Assembly (NCBI GenBank): GCA_963762565.1
Contig: CAVXLD010000001.1
Span: 448,001 to 512,000 of the forward strand
Source: an uncultured Verrucomicrobiae bacterium
Lineage (GTDB): Bacteria > Verrucomicrobiota > Verrucomicrobiia > Chthoniobacterales > JAFAMB01
Direction: 5' to 3'
Length of the DNA: 64,000 nt
Part shown: piece by piece, positions 39,829 to 49,745 of the stretch
Position numbering within the stretch: position 1 is the first letter of the stretch
Layout of the letters: each line of letters begins with the position of its first letter
Made by a program: the position numbers and the translations under genes
The notes under the pieces: generated by a model
Databases searched by the model: none
The model's input: only the letters and a program-made list of their open reading frames with translations
What the model was told of the DNA's origin: nothing

Positions 39829-40380
39829 TCACCCGACCGGCGGATATTCCCTCGTTCCCCACCGATTCATTAACGCGTTATTAACTCCCCAACGAACAAT
39901 CGGGTGCCGGGCTGCAATCAGAAAATGAGCCCAAGGAGAGTTCTCACCGAGCCTCGATCCAAAGTTGCGTCGATGCTCGACGATGGCTTCCAATACGGTA
40001 TCGGCGAAGAGCGCCGTCTTTGCGGACAGCGCTGGGAGCGACTCGGCCGTAGACTCCGCGATCAATAGACAATAGCTGATCACCTTGGCCACAGTCCGAG
40101 CACTCAAATAGCCGGGCTCAGATACGCGTTCCGGATCGAGCACTAACGGGAAATTCTCGGCCGTGATCTCCCGATAGCTCCATTTGTCGCACAGGTCAGT
40201 CCGGGACATCGGGAACCGCGCATGGGACACCAAGTCCAAAAGGGTCCAGCTTATTTTCGGGTAAGGCGGCTCCGCAAAATCGTAACTGTAATTCAATGGG
40301 ATCGCCCGAATGGTCGAGGCTTCCTCGGGATACAATCCTAATGAGGATCCCGGGGCAGGCGGCGGCTGGTTGTCCCCCAT
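39829..40380 (-). CDS. Hypothetical protein
   Basis: 183-aa ORF downstream of rep. Confidence 0.6.
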   Translation of the reverse strand: MGDNQPPPAPGSSLGLYPEEASTIRAIPLNYSYDFAEPPYPKISWTLLDLVSHARFPMSRTDLCDKWSYREITAENFPLVLDPERVSEPGYLSARTVAKVISYCLLIAESTAESLPALSAKTALFADTVLEAIVEHRRNFGSRLGENSPWAHFLIAARHPIVRWGVNNALMNRWGTREYPPVG

Positions 40381-40523
40381 CTTAAAACCTTAACCGCAGA
40401 TTAACGCAGATGGACGCAGATAAAACGTGGCGAATCGTCTGACCACCGATGTTCTCCGGAAAAATATCTGCGTTTATCCATCTGCGGTTGAAGGTCTTTA
40501 TTCGTCGGCTTTCGCAGCCCAAC

Positions 40524-41258
40524 CTACTTCGAGACGGCAGCGCCGTTGGTCCGTGCCTTTTTCTTCTTCTCCTTGATCTCAAAAGCCAGCGACAACACGC
40601 GCCGGTACTTCGCCTGACCAACTGCCACCAACCGGATGCTGAGGTCCGTCTTCTCGTTGATTTCCTGCAGGGCTCTATCGATCGCTCGCTGCTTAAGGTT
40701 GGGCCAATGGACCAGGCATTTCTCGCTCACAATGTTTCCTTGCGCATCGCGAACCTCGTCGACTCCCAGCACCTTGCGTAGCTTCGGGATGGAAATGCGC
40801 TTGAGATTGACCTGCCGCCATTTCCACGCCCATTCATAAAGCCGGATCGAATACTGGCTCGCCAGCTTGACCCCCGCTCGTTCGGAGTCCTCCTTTTGAT
40901 GGTTCTTAAGGCGCTCCAGATGCCGGTACAACCCCGGGTCAATGTGTAGAACCATCTTTTTATCCACTACCGTGACCGAGCTGAGCCACCGGGCATAGAG
41001 GACGGAGTTCTGCTTGTCCCCATTGTGTAACACCAACCGGTGGTAGGTCAGGAGTTTCAGCACTGCCGGTTGTAGGTCGAAATCCTCAAAGTCATAGCCG
41101 GTTACGCCCGGCTTAAGACGGTCCACAATCGACATGACGACAGTCCGCTCATCTTTGGTCAGTTTATAGAACGCTTCAATGAGGTCGTCGCCAAAACCAA
41201 GCTGATCCTCTAGATCCGCAAGTGGTAACGTTCCAAAAATTCTGTTATTTTTACGCAC
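40524..41258 (-). CDS. Rep_3/RepB-like replication initiator (diverged N-terminus)
   Basis: L.SQYSIRLYE, ISI..LRKVLG, W.NLKQRAID.ALQEINEKTDL winged-helix motifs. Confidence 0.8.
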   Translation of the reverse strand: MRKNNRIFGTLPLADLEDQLGFGDDLIEAFYKLTKDERTVVMSIVDRLKPGVTGYDFEDFDLQPAVLKLLTYHRLVLHNGDKQNSVLYARWLSSVTVVDKKMVLHIDPGLYRHLERLKNHQKEDSERAGVKLASQYSIRLYEWAWKWRQVNLKRISIPKLRKVLGVDEVRDAQGNIVSEKCLVHWPNLKQRAIDRALQEINEKTDLSIRLVAVGQAKYRRVLSLAFEIKEKKKKARTNGAAVSK

Positions 41259-41328
41259 TTTACTTTGTGGGAATTACAGTGTTAAGACTTAATTAATAAC
41301 TTAAATTTTTTAAGAAAGAAGCACTAAA

Positions 41329-41766
41329 ATGGTTTCAACAAAGGAAACCCGGCCCATTGCGCCGGAAACACAGAAGTGGTCCTTTTCGGCGGACGGAAAA
41401 CCATTGGGCTTAGACGAGTTCTTGGAATCGTATAAGAAACAAGGCGTTTTCTACGAAGGAAAGGAGCAGTGGCTCAAAGGGGTGGTCAAAGTCTCTTGGG
41501 AGAACTTTTTCTTGATTTGTACCGAAGAACTGGATGACATTTCACAACGAGCCGCAAAAATGTTGGTTCAGTATTGCCTGGAAATCGTTGAAGATGTGGT
41601 CAGCCGGATCCGGGGCCCAGTCGACGCCACCAAAATCGCCGAGGCGATGAAACGGGAGTTCGACGAACAGTACGATAACCCGATCTATCAGTTCCAATGG
41701 GCTATGCGTCACGACGCAATTCGGGAAGCCGTCACCAACGCAGTCGCTAACCGCTGGGGGAAGTAG
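41329..41766 (+). CDS. Hypothetical protein
   Basis: 145-aa ORF divergent from rep across an AT-rich spacer. Confidence 0.7.
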   Translation: MVSTKETRPIAPETQKWSFSADGKPLGLDEFLESYKKQGVFYEGKEQWLKGVVKVSWENFFLICTEELDDISQRAAKMLVQYCLEIVEDVVSRIRGPVDATKIAEAMKREFDEQYDNPIYQFQWAMRHDAIREAVTNAVANRWGK

Positions 41767-41783
41767 CCGCTTCGCGGCGAACC

Positions 41784-42163
41784 TTGGTAGGGCGAGGCCG
41801 GCCGCTTCGCGGCGATGACGAATAGCAGATAGCAAATTTGGTTGTCGCTTGCAGAGCGCTGCCACCGATCTGGTGGGGCGAGGCTCCGGATTAGCCGGGC
41901 AAGACCGCAACGAGAACTGGCGTTTCGTCGGTATATCAGATGCGGTATCCAATAGCTGCCGAGCCGGGGATTGCGCGGACCACGGCTCGGCAGCTCTTAG
42001 TTATTGCACACATCAATTAGTGCATGGCTATCCGCCCTGCCTACCTCTTCACTCGTTCCGCAGCCTCGCCCCACCAAGCTGAGCGCGCGTGGCCTTCTGC
42101 AAGTTCTGGCACGTGCATTTGCTATTTGCTATCACCGCGAAGCGGCCGGCCTCGCCCTACCAA
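41784..42163. repeat. Doubly nested GT(A/G)GGGCGAGG REP cassette
   Basis: Outer arms 41784/42163, ATAGCAGATAGCAAAT/ATTTGCTATTTGCTAT middle pair, inner arms 41870/42077. Confidence 0.88.
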
Positions 42164-42229
42164 CGTTTAGGCCACTTTCTTCGATAAGTGGTTGCTCACC
42201 GCCACAAACTGTAATAACAGTATTACTTA

Positions 42230-44092
42230 ATGTTAGAAGTTCTCGCCCATGCCGGTTCCGGACCGCCCGACATCCCCCAGCCGGCGTTGGCACCTTCTTC
42301 ACCACACGATCCCCTCTCTTACCATTCGAACACCGGCACCGTCATTCGCCTCCCCAACTATCAGCCCGGGTTGCCGCCTATCGACCTGCTTGTTCACGGC
42401 GAATATCGTATCCGAGCCCGACCGATCGCACCAAATCGGCCTAGCCCACAAACGCAGGCTGCACCTCGATTCCAGGTCGATGTTTGCACACACCATCACG
42501 TGGTTCGCAGCGAGCGTTACGAAAGCGACGCAACCTCCTTGACCGATGCCGTCGATAAAGCCCGCGCCTGGATTCGGCGACGCCAGTCAATCGATCGTTT
42601 CGCCTTCATGCTTTCCCCCAACCTAATCCTGGTTTGGTGCCTGCTGATGGCCACCATCTGGTTCCTATTTCCACTGGTGTCCTGGGTCAGTTTTGCCCCG
42701 CTCTTCGTCTGTCTAACGGCCACCTTGGGCTGCGCTCCGGCCAGGCGTCACCGCAAAATTACCGCTCGTCTGGCTGGTTTAACCTGGGACCGAAACGACT
42801 TTTGCCGAGGTTGGTTAATCACCGGTGACACTGGCGCGGGCAAGACCTTCGCCATCAATGCTCTTTTACATTCGGTCTTTCAAAACGAGCCGGACTGGGG
42901 CGGACTTTGCTGCGACGAGAAGGGTATCTATCACGAAACCTTGGTCCAAATGACCAAGAAGTATGGCCGGCTCAACGATCTCCGGTTGCTCCAAACCAAG
43001 CCCGATGGCGCCGGAGCCGATTGGGAGCTGCCGGCAACATTCAATCTGCTTTCCGACGATTCGATTCCTGGATCGACCTATGCGACGGTCATCGTTGATA
43101 CGGCCTCCGCCTTAGCCGGAGGTGGCGAAGATAAAGGCTTTTTCAAGACTCAAGCGCACGCTCACATCGGCCGCGGGATTCAACTGTTTCGATTGCTCGG
43201 CTTACGGCCGACCATGCATCACCTATTAGAAACGCTGCAGTACCAACCGATTCTACGGGCGATGTTATCCCGCCTGGATCCGCTAGCCCAGGCCGGAAAC
43301 CGGGAAGCCCGGGAATGCAGCGATCACTTCCTAAACGGTTATCTGCGACAACCTCCTGAGCAATTGGGAGGTGTTATTTCCACTATCTACAATTACCTGA
43401 ACTACTTCACCAATCCTGACCTGGTCCAGGTATTCGGCGCCGAAGAAAACAGTTTCGAATTCTCCGATCTGGATGACGGCGCCATCATTTGCATTGCGAT
43501 GCCGCAGAAGTTTCAGACAGAACGTCGCTACGTCACCACCATCCTGAAGCTGTTGTTCTACACCCACGCCTTGCGCCGGTTCGATCCTCGGCCACCCAAT
43601 AAGCGCCCACTCTCAAGCGATAATCTGTTGATCTGTTGGCAGGATGAAGCCCAGCGATTTGTCAGCGATTCAGACGGAAATGTGGACGTTATCCGTCAAG
43701 CGAACACCACTACGGTACTGGCTGCGCAATCCAAGCTTTCGTTCATACCCCCGCTTGGAAACAAGGATAAAGCAGATGTGACCCTATTGAATCTGCGTAA
43801 TCGGATCATCTTTAAGGCAGCAGACCGCTCTTGCGCCGAAGGTTCTGCTGACTTCATCGGCAAAAAGCTAATCTGGAAAAAATCATACACGCGTGGAATG
43901 GGGAACCGGTCCACCACTCGATCGAGAGAAGAAGAGTACCGGGTAAAGCCATTTGAATTGATGGCCCTTCCGAAGTTCACCGCGGTCGTCAAACATTGCG
44001 AAAAACGTTTTCGAAAATCTCGCATTCATCCGATTGATCCGGATGGAAGAATTCCGCGCTGGTATCCGTGGTGGAGGCGCATTCTAAGATAG
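42230..44092 (+). CDS. Type IV coupling protein-like ATPase (VirD4/TraD-like; start uncertain)
   Basis: Two TM segments, GDTGAGKT, DEKG, QDEAQRF, AAQS, LRNRIIF, A...G....K.S.T. Confidence 0.85.
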   Translation: MLEVLAHAGSGPPDIPQPALAPSSPHDPLSYHSNTGTVIRLPNYQPGLPPIDLLVHGEYRIRARPIAPNRPSPQTQAAPRFQVDVCTHHHVVRSERYESDATSLTDAVDKARAWIRRRQSIDRFAFMLSPNLILVWCLLMATIWFLFPLVSWVSFAPLFVCLTATLGCAPARRHRKITARLAGLTWDRNDFCRGWLITGDTGAGKTFAINALLHSVFQNEPDWGGLCCDEKGIYHETLVQMTKKYGRLNDLRLLQTKPDGAGADWELPATFNLLSDDSIPGSTYATVIVDTASALAGGGEDKGFFKTQAHAHIGRGIQLFRLLGLRPTMHHLLETLQYQPILRAMLSRLDPLAQAGNREARECSDHFLNGYLRQPPEQLGGVISTIYNYLNYFTNPDLVQVFGAEENSFEFSDLDDGAIICIAMPQKFQTERRYVTTILKLLFYTHALRRFDPRPPNKRPLSSDNLLICWQDEAQRFVSDSDGNVDVIRQANTTTVLAAQSKLSFIPPLGNKDKADVTLLNLRNRIIFKAADRSCAEGSADFIGKKLIWKKSYTRGMGNRSTTRSREEEYRVKPFELMALPKFTAVVKHCEKRFRKSRIHPIDPDGRIPRWYPWWRRILR

Positions 44093-44123
44093 TGATGAGC
44101 AGACTCGGATGAGCGGAATCATC

Positions 44124-45173
44124 CTACCGGATGCTCGCATAGGTGCGAAACTCCGCCGGATCCAACTGACCTTGCACTTGCTTTAAGGCAGTCTGGAAAT
44201 CGACCATTCCCAATTCTCTTCCCGCCAACATATAGTTTTCTAGTTCTCGTTCGTTTCCCGATATAATCACCGCCTCGGTGTTAAGTGCGTGCACGCAGAT
44301 CTCGCGCACGGCTATTCTTCCTGAGGTTTTCCGTCGTAACAGCCGTTGATTCATCACTAACCGCATCGTTCGTCCGAAAACGTAACGCACCTCAGCCGCC
44401 ATCCGTTCGGGCGCCAGTAGGATCAAACGTCTGACCGTCTCCACCACACTGCTTGCATGCAGCGAACCGATCACCAGATGCCCAGTTTCTGCCGCTTGTA
44501 ATGCGGCTAAAACCGAATCTGCGTCCCGAATCTCACCCACCACAATAACGTCGGGATTCTGCCTCAGGGCTTGACGCAAACCTTCTGCATACGAGGGCAC
44601 ATCCCGTCCGACTTCTCGCTGAATAATTTCCGCTTGGTTTGCTCGGAAAAGGAATTCAACCGGGTCTTCGATAGTCACAACCTTTGCCGGCCGCGAAACA
44701 TTGATGGCTTCGATGATGGCTGCGATGGTGGTGGTTTTTCCTGAGCCGGTTGGTCCGGAGACCAAGACTAATCCATCCGTGAGCGCCACAACGAGGGCGG
44801 CGATGCGTTTAGAAATTCCGATCTCCAGAAGATCAGGCGGCTGTGCCGGCAGTGGACGTAGTGAGGCGAAGAGTTCCCCTTGCGCACGCCCCAGATTGAC
44901 TCGGAACCGAAGGCCGTTGATCTCGGCAGTGTAATCCGCGGCGCCCATCGGCCCGCTAACCTCAGGACCAGCCGCGGGATACAATTTTATCAGCTCGGCA
45001 ATGAGTTCTTGTACTTCACTCCGGGACAAGGCGCCGTCTTCGCTTAGGTGAACGACTCTGCCTTCGAGTCTTGCCGTAACGTTGGCTTGAAAGACAGAGA
45101 TGTCGCTAACCTGATTCGAGCGAACAAACTCCACGACTTGGGCCCATCGCTCTGCAGTTGTCATCGTAAACAC
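44124..45173 (-). CDS. PilT-like T2SS/T4P/T4SS ATPase
   Basis: RFRVN, GPTGSGKTTT, TIEDPVE, LRQNPDVIVVGEIRD, AAETGHLV.G.LH. Confidence 0.9.
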   Translation of the reverse strand: MFTMTTAERWAQVVEFVRSNQVSDISVFQANVTARLEGRVVHLSEDGALSRSEVQELIAELIKLYPAAGPEVSGPMGAADYTAEINGLRFRVNLGRAQGELFASLRPLPAQPPDLLEIGISKRIAALVVALTDGLVLVSGPTGSGKTTTIAAIIEAINVSRPAKVVTIEDPVEFLFRANQAEIIQREVGRDVPSYAEGLRQALRQNPDVIVVGEIRDADSVLAALQAAETGHLVIGSLHASSVVETVRRLILLAPERMAAEVRYVFGRTMRLVMNQRLLRRKTSGRIAVREICVHALNTEAVIISGNERELENYMLAGRELGMVDFQTALKQVQGQLDPAEFRTYASIR

Positions 45174-45176
45174 ACC

Positions 45177-45908
45177 TTAGTTATTCGCTGGAGACGGCGC
45201 CGCGCTCAGCTTCTGCTGATTTTCAGGGTGCTTTGGGCAGTAAACCTGCTGGGTTAAGCTAAGCAGGTTTTGGTAATTGGCGCCGGCATTGTCAGGGCAC
45301 TGGGGAATCCCAAATCTAAAGTATGGCTGAAAGTCTGGAATGCTGGGAACACTGGTCGCTCCGGGATGATCCCGGAGATATTCGTCCTTAGCCGCTTCAA
45401 TGGTTAACATATTGTTCAAGCAGACGCGCTGGTTCTGCTGATTGAGTGCGGATAAAACCGAGGTCGTGATCAAGGCCGAGACCAGCGCGATAATGGTGAT
45501 GACAACCAGCAGCTCGATTAAAGAGAGACCAGCGTGCCGCCTCCTTCTCGCTGTGAGGAAATACGTCCACGGCGGCGCATGCCCAGCGCCTGGAGGGGAG
45601 CCGCTTTGTCGCCTGGCAGTTCTATAGGATGGCTGCTGGCGGCTCCCGGGAATAACCCAGCGTGGTGCTTGCACCCAGCCTCCCTGTTTCGGCGCGAATT
45701 GATTCGGACGCCGCACGTAGAACCGCCCTACCCTGGGTCGTTCCCGGGAGCCGCTTGCTGCCAACTTGCAGAGCTGCCGAGTTGCAAAGCGGCTCCCCTC
45801 CAGGCGTTGGGCAGGTGCTGTATCGTATCGCCTTGCAATGCGTGTAACCTTTAGAATCTGAAGGAACCACTTCCTGAAACCTAACCGCGGCTCACCGGTA
45901 GGCCTCAT
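45177..45908 (-). CDS. Type IV prepilin/pseudopilin with repeat-extended leader (true start uncertain)
   Basis: RRRRHAG-LSLIELLVVITII cleavage motif with Glu5; Cys-containing C-terminus. Confidence 0.8.
   Translation of the reverse strand: MRPTGEPRLGFRKWFLQILKVTRIARRYDTAPAQRLEGSRFATRQLCKLAASGSRERPRVGRFYVRRPNQFAPKQGGWVQAPRWVIPGSRQQPSYRTARRQSGSPPGAGHAPPWTYFLTARRRRHAGLSLIELLVVITIIALVSALITTSVLSALNQQNQRVCLNNMLTIEAAKDEYLRDHPGATSVPSIPDFQPYFRFGIPQCPDNAGANYQNLLSLTQQVYCPKHPENQQKLSAAPSPANN
45592..45801. repeat. Third copy of the GGAGGGGAGCCGC element, inside the prepilin frame
   Basis: Terminal IR GGAGGGGAGCCGCTTTG/CAAAGCGGCTCCCCTCC and inner GCGGCTCCCGGGAA/TTCCCGGGAGCCGC. Confidence 0.88.
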
Positions 45909-46518
45909 AGTTCTCCAGGTCATCCTTCAACAGAAAATCGCGCAACACTTTCTGGGTCACCAGGTTAAGCGCTCTAAATACGTTCCTGCCAGTCACGCAA
46001 TCACCGGCCAGACGATCAACTTTCCGATCCGGTGCTCGTATTAGCAGATCGATCGCATCGGTCGGTGCTATCTGCTCTTCTGATAGATCGCGCTTATTAT
46101 AGAATAACATCCAGGTTAGTTGCTCAGGCTTGAGGTCAAGTGTTGCCAGATTTTCTTCCAGATTCCTAAGACTCTCGATATTGGCCTCCATTCGATCCCA
46201 TTGTGAGTCCACAATAAAGATTAGACCGTCGGCACCGCGAAGAACCAGTTGCCGCGTTGCGTTGTACATCACCTGGCCTGGAACGGTCCAAAGCTTGAAT
46301 CGCACTTTGAAACCTTTTACTGAGCCACCGGTAATCGGAAGGAAATCAAAGAAAAGCGTCCGGTCATTTTGGGTCGGTAATAAGACTAAGTTACCTCTAT
46401 CCTGCGCATCCACTCGCTCGTGGACATAGCCAATAGAGGATGTCTTACCACCCAGGGCGCAGCCATAGTAAACGATCTTAAATTCGACCTCACCCTTAAC
46501 GAAATTGATGAAAGACAT
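45892..46518 (-). CDS. mglA: MglA-family small GTPase
   Basis: MSFINF..KIVYYG...GKT, RTLFFDFLP, TVPGQV.YNATR, NKRD. Confidence 0.9.
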   Translation of the reverse strand: MSFINFVKGEVEFKIVYYGCALGGKTSSIGYVHERVDAQDRGNLVLLPTQNDRTLFFDFLPITGGSVKGFKVRFKLWTVPGQVMYNATRQLVLRGADGLIFIVDSQWDRMEANIESLRNLEENLATLDLKPEQLTWMLFYNKRDLSEEQIAPTDAIDLLIRAPDRKVDRLAGDCVTGRNVFRALNLVTQKVLRDFLLKDDLENYEAYR

Positions 46519-46595
46519 CTCCCCCAATGCTAGTATTGACCCAACGTATTCGTCGAATGTTTTTATATATAAAAATTTACAGCACTTAAATCGGA

Positions 46596-48065
46596 TTAAC
46601 GATCGGTTATGTCGCCGGCGGTCCGAAATCCGATTCGCTCATCGAGAGTATACGGCGAAAGCTCAACGACTCGCCGGGCTAGTTGCCCGTCTTCGCTCAT
46701 GAAATTCCCGCCTCGGACGACTGGCGATCCACTGCCATCATCACTGGCCGTCCACTCGGAAACATTGCCGGCGAGATCATGCACTCCATAAGGGCTGCAG
46801 TCGCCCGGGTACTGTCCCACTTCTGACCACCCGCCCGTCCGGCGCGCTCCACTATAAAGGTTGGCCGCGCCGGTCTTAGGTTCATCGCCCCAAGGATATT
46901 GTCGTCCATCACTCCCTCTGCCTGCCTTCTCCCACTCCATCTCAGAAGCGAGCCGCCGGTTCTGCCACTTAGCAAAGGCGTATGCGTCAAACCAATCGAG
47001 ATAGACGGCGGGAAAGTTCGGATTCAGACGCACCCCTTTGAACTCGGCCCCGGCAAAGGCGGCCTTGGCATACGCTTCCCAACTGGGATTCGTGTGGCGC
47101 TTGCCCACCCGTTGGTTGGGGTGATCATACTTGGTATTGTCTCCGGCGGCGTCCAGAAACTCCTGATATTGCCACACCGTGACTTCGGTGGAATCGATAT
47201 TAAACGCGGGCAAATCTACTTGCCGGTTGTCTTGAAATATAAATGGCCCCGCGGGGATTAAGATCCTGGAAGGAGTTAGTTTCTGCCAACCGGTTTGGAA
47301 CCCGAACGCCTTCTTTTTGTCGATCAAGTTCTCCCAAACCGCAGAACGGAAACTGTTATTGAGCAAAAGCCAAAGAAGTCCACAGGACACAGCAACAATT
47401 AAAGCGATGGAAACAGCCCGCTTTAGAGTCTGATGTCTGCGCTCTCGATCCTGCTCCTGCGCAATGCGCTGCAACAATTCCGTTGCCGCATCGTGTTCCA
47501 ATTGAGTTTCCTCTCCATTCTTCTCAGATCGCTTGTTCCCAGGCCACCATTTTGCGATCGGTCGCGATGCGGTGAGAAAAGACCGAGACGACATCCTTCT
47601 ACTTCTTCCCTGTCCCACCCTCTGGTGTTCCCACTCGTCGCGTTGGCGTACCGCGTCCATTAGAACTTGCTCCCAACGACCGAAGATGGTCCGCGGAGTT
47701 ACCTGTTCGGGCGGAATAGGCGCAAATTCGAACATCCCCCGCATCCAGCAAAGCACTTCAAGTAGAGCGGGTTCGCCGATCTTTGATTTGGTGACTGCGT
47801 GGATGATCCGCCCGTGTTGGAGCACAATCTCGCCGGTTTCCCCACGACGGCGCACTCTTAAGCGCCCGTCGCGCCGAGCGACACATGCCATCTGAATAAT
47901 ATCAAGGAGCGGGAAGTTGCGCAGTTTACCGCTAAAACCTGCAGCTCCGGCCTTTATCCTGATTGGTCCCGGCGTCGTATCGGTTGGAGCACTTTCCTGT
48001 CGTCCGCCACCACGCATGAGCTTTCGATGTAGACTTGTCCTTCGTTCGATCTGAACCCTAGGCAT
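46596..48065 (-). CDS. DUF4388-like N-terminal domain, TM and FGE-sulfatase (SUMF1) domain protein (start uncertain)
   Basis: FSGKL..F.L.DIIQM...G.IIHA N-terminus; TEVT..QY..F, EWEKAGRG..GR.YPWG, DLAGNVSEWT, IGFR. Confidence 0.85.
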   Translation of the reverse strand: MPRVQIERRTSLHRKLMRGGGRQESAPTDTTPGPIRIKAGAAGFSGKLRNFPLLDIIQMACVARRDGRLRVRRRGETGEIVLQHGRIIHAVTKSKIGEPALLEVLCWMRGMFEFAPIPPEQVTPRTIFGRWEQVLMDAVRQRDEWEHQRVGQGRSRRMSSRSFLTASRPIAKWWPGNKRSEKNGEETQLEHDAATELLQRIAQEQDRERRHQTLKRAVSIALIVAVSCGLLWLLLNNSFRSAVWENLIDKKKAFGFQTGWQKLTPSRILIPAGPFIFQDNRQVDLPAFNIDSTEVTVWQYQEFLDAAGDNTKYDHPNQRVGKRHTNPSWEAYAKAAFAGAEFKGVRLNPNFPAVYLDWFDAYAFAKWQNRRLASEMEWEKAGRGSDGRQYPWGDEPKTGAANLYSGARRTGGWSEVGQYPGDCSPYGVHDLAGNVSEWTASDDGSGSPVVRGGNFMSEDGQLARRVVELSPYTLDERIGFRTAGDITDR

Positions 48066-48138
48066 CGCCGGAAGCGTAGGCAAGTCTTTAGCCGCGACGA
48101 AATCGCAATCGTTCTCTTAATGACACCAGCCCATCGCG

Positions 48139-48316
48139 GGGGAGGGATCGCAGCCTGTCCGACATAGCCTTCCATCGAGGGTCTTTTCTTCTCAGCCCTA
48201 GCGACGTCGGATCCCCGCGATCCGTTATCGAAGCCCAGGGCGTATTGAATCTTCGGACGAAAATACACCCTTAGGTTGCGACGCGTTCGCAGCGCGCGGG
48301 GACGCGCGCCCTCCCC
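48139..48316. repeat. GGAG-type REP doublet
   Basis: GGGAGGGATCGC...GCGCGCGGGGACGCGCGCCCTCCC; interior resembles 5190-5290. Confidence 0.8.
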
Positions 48317-48360
48317 GGATTCGAGGACGAGCACGAAGCGCCTGACGAGCCTAAGGCGAG

Positions 48361-49530
48361 TCACCCCGGTAACGCCCCCACATACCGCGCTCGAGGACGG
48401 ATTAGATCGCCCTGGCGATGTTGCTCGATGGCATGGCCGATCCAACCAGCGACGCGGCCAAGAGCAAAGATCGTAACCGGCGAGCCCGCCGGAAGATCGA
48501 AGGCGCGAGCCACCGCCGCTAAAGCCAAATCAATGTTTGCAGGTTTTCGGAGCACTTGAGCGGCCTGGGTAACCCGCTTTGCTTGAGCCTCGCCTGCCCT
48601 GATTTTTCTTAGCATCTGCATGAGTGCTTTAGCACGGATGTCACCTCCCGGGTAGAGCGGATGCCCGAATCCAGGAATAAACCCTTTCTGTCTCTGCCAC
48701 TCTACCAGTGTGGTACGCAACGCCTTGCTGCACTCCAGCTCGGCGAGTAGTTGATAGCAGACCAGACTCATGCCGGCATGACGATGGCCTCTCAACGCAC
48801 AGAGTCCTGCCAATACGACTTCATAGAGACTGCTTCCAGCTGAGGCCACAACACGTGCTGTGAAGGAGGAAGCGTTTAGCTCGTGATCCATGCACAAGAT
48901 CAGCGCAGCGTTCAGCACGCCGGCCAGCTCCGGACTTCCGGGTGCCCACTTTTGCTGCAATTGTTCCGCCGCGGTCTCCAAGCGCACGTTAGAACGCCCG
49001 ATCAAACATCTTAGAAACAGCTCCAGGATTCTCCACCCAGTCGATAGCGCATTAGGCACGGTAAGATCATATCCGCCAACATCATGGTCGCTCAGTTCCA
49101 GCAGGGACCGTTGAAACTCTCTTAGCGGCGATGAACCGGGTTCTGGCTTGAGAGGGGGGCCGTCCGCAAACACCTCAAAAGGCTGATCTCGGTTCCAGAA
49201 CCATCGAACCGCCCTGGAAAACGGCTCCGATCGCGCCAGGTCAACTGCGTTGCGGCCTCGGTAATAAAGCTGTCCCTCATCAATGAGCGTCAACTCCGTT
49301 TCCAACAGCGGTACGCCCCAAGACAAAGCAGTCGTGAGTTTGGTCGCAGGCTCACGGCGGACTTCTTTCCGTTGCCGCAGCCGTTCCAAATCCAGTCGAT
49401 TGTATCGACGCGACCGGGAATTATCTCCGGCTTCGGATCGAACCCAGCCGCGACTCACATAAGCATACAAGGTCTGCCGCGACACACCAAGGTAGCGGGC
49501 GGCTTCGGCGGAGGTAAGGAGAAGGTTCAT
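48361..49530 (-). CDS. HTH-citrate synthase-like fusion protein
   Basis: EAARYLGVSRQTLYAYVSRG HTH; LYYRG, DHELNASSF, GFGHPLY, N.D, RPRARY. Confidence 0.9.
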   Translation of the reverse strand: MNLLLTSAEAARYLGVSRQTLYAYVSRGWVRSEAGDNSRSRRYNRLDLERLRQRKEVRREPATKLTTALSWGVPLLETELTLIDEGQLYYRGRNAVDLARSEPFSRAVRWFWNRDQPFEVFADGPPLKPEPGSSPLREFQRSLLELSDHDVGGYDLTVPNALSTGWRILELFLRCLIGRSNVRLETAAEQLQQKWAPGSPELAGVLNAALILCMDHELNASSFTARVVASAGSSLYEVVLAGLCALRGHRHAGMSLVCYQLLAELECSKALRTTLVEWQRQKGFIPGFGHPLYPGGDIRAKALMQMLRKIRAGEAQAKRVTQAAQVLRKPANIDLALAAVARAFDLPAGSPVTIFALGRVAGWIGHAIEQHRQGDLIRPRARYVGALPG

Positions 49531-49542
49531 CGGGGTCTGTCC

Positions 49543-49732
49543 GTGGAGCGCTGCCTCGCTTGCGAGGCCGTGGCGAGCAGGGCTGATGACGAGGCATATC
49601 GGCGGCTCCCCTCGTTCCCTCGCATGTCCCGGACTCGGCCTATGTACGACACAGTGCGCAGCACACAAAGCGACCTATATCATTTCGAATACCCTTGCTC
49701 ACCACGGCCTCGCAAGCGAGGCAACGCTCCAC
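49543..49732. repeat. GTGG-type REP doublet
   Basis: GTGGAGCGCTGCCTCGCTTGCGAGGCCGTGG / CCACGGCCTCGCAAGCGAGGCAACGCTCCAC. Confidence 0.88.
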
Positions 49733-49745
49733 AGTCAGCCATCAT

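Noticed and set aside
41245..41330. Functional replication origin
   Set aside because: AT-rich but no iterons or DnaA boxes discerned; may simply be a divergent promoter
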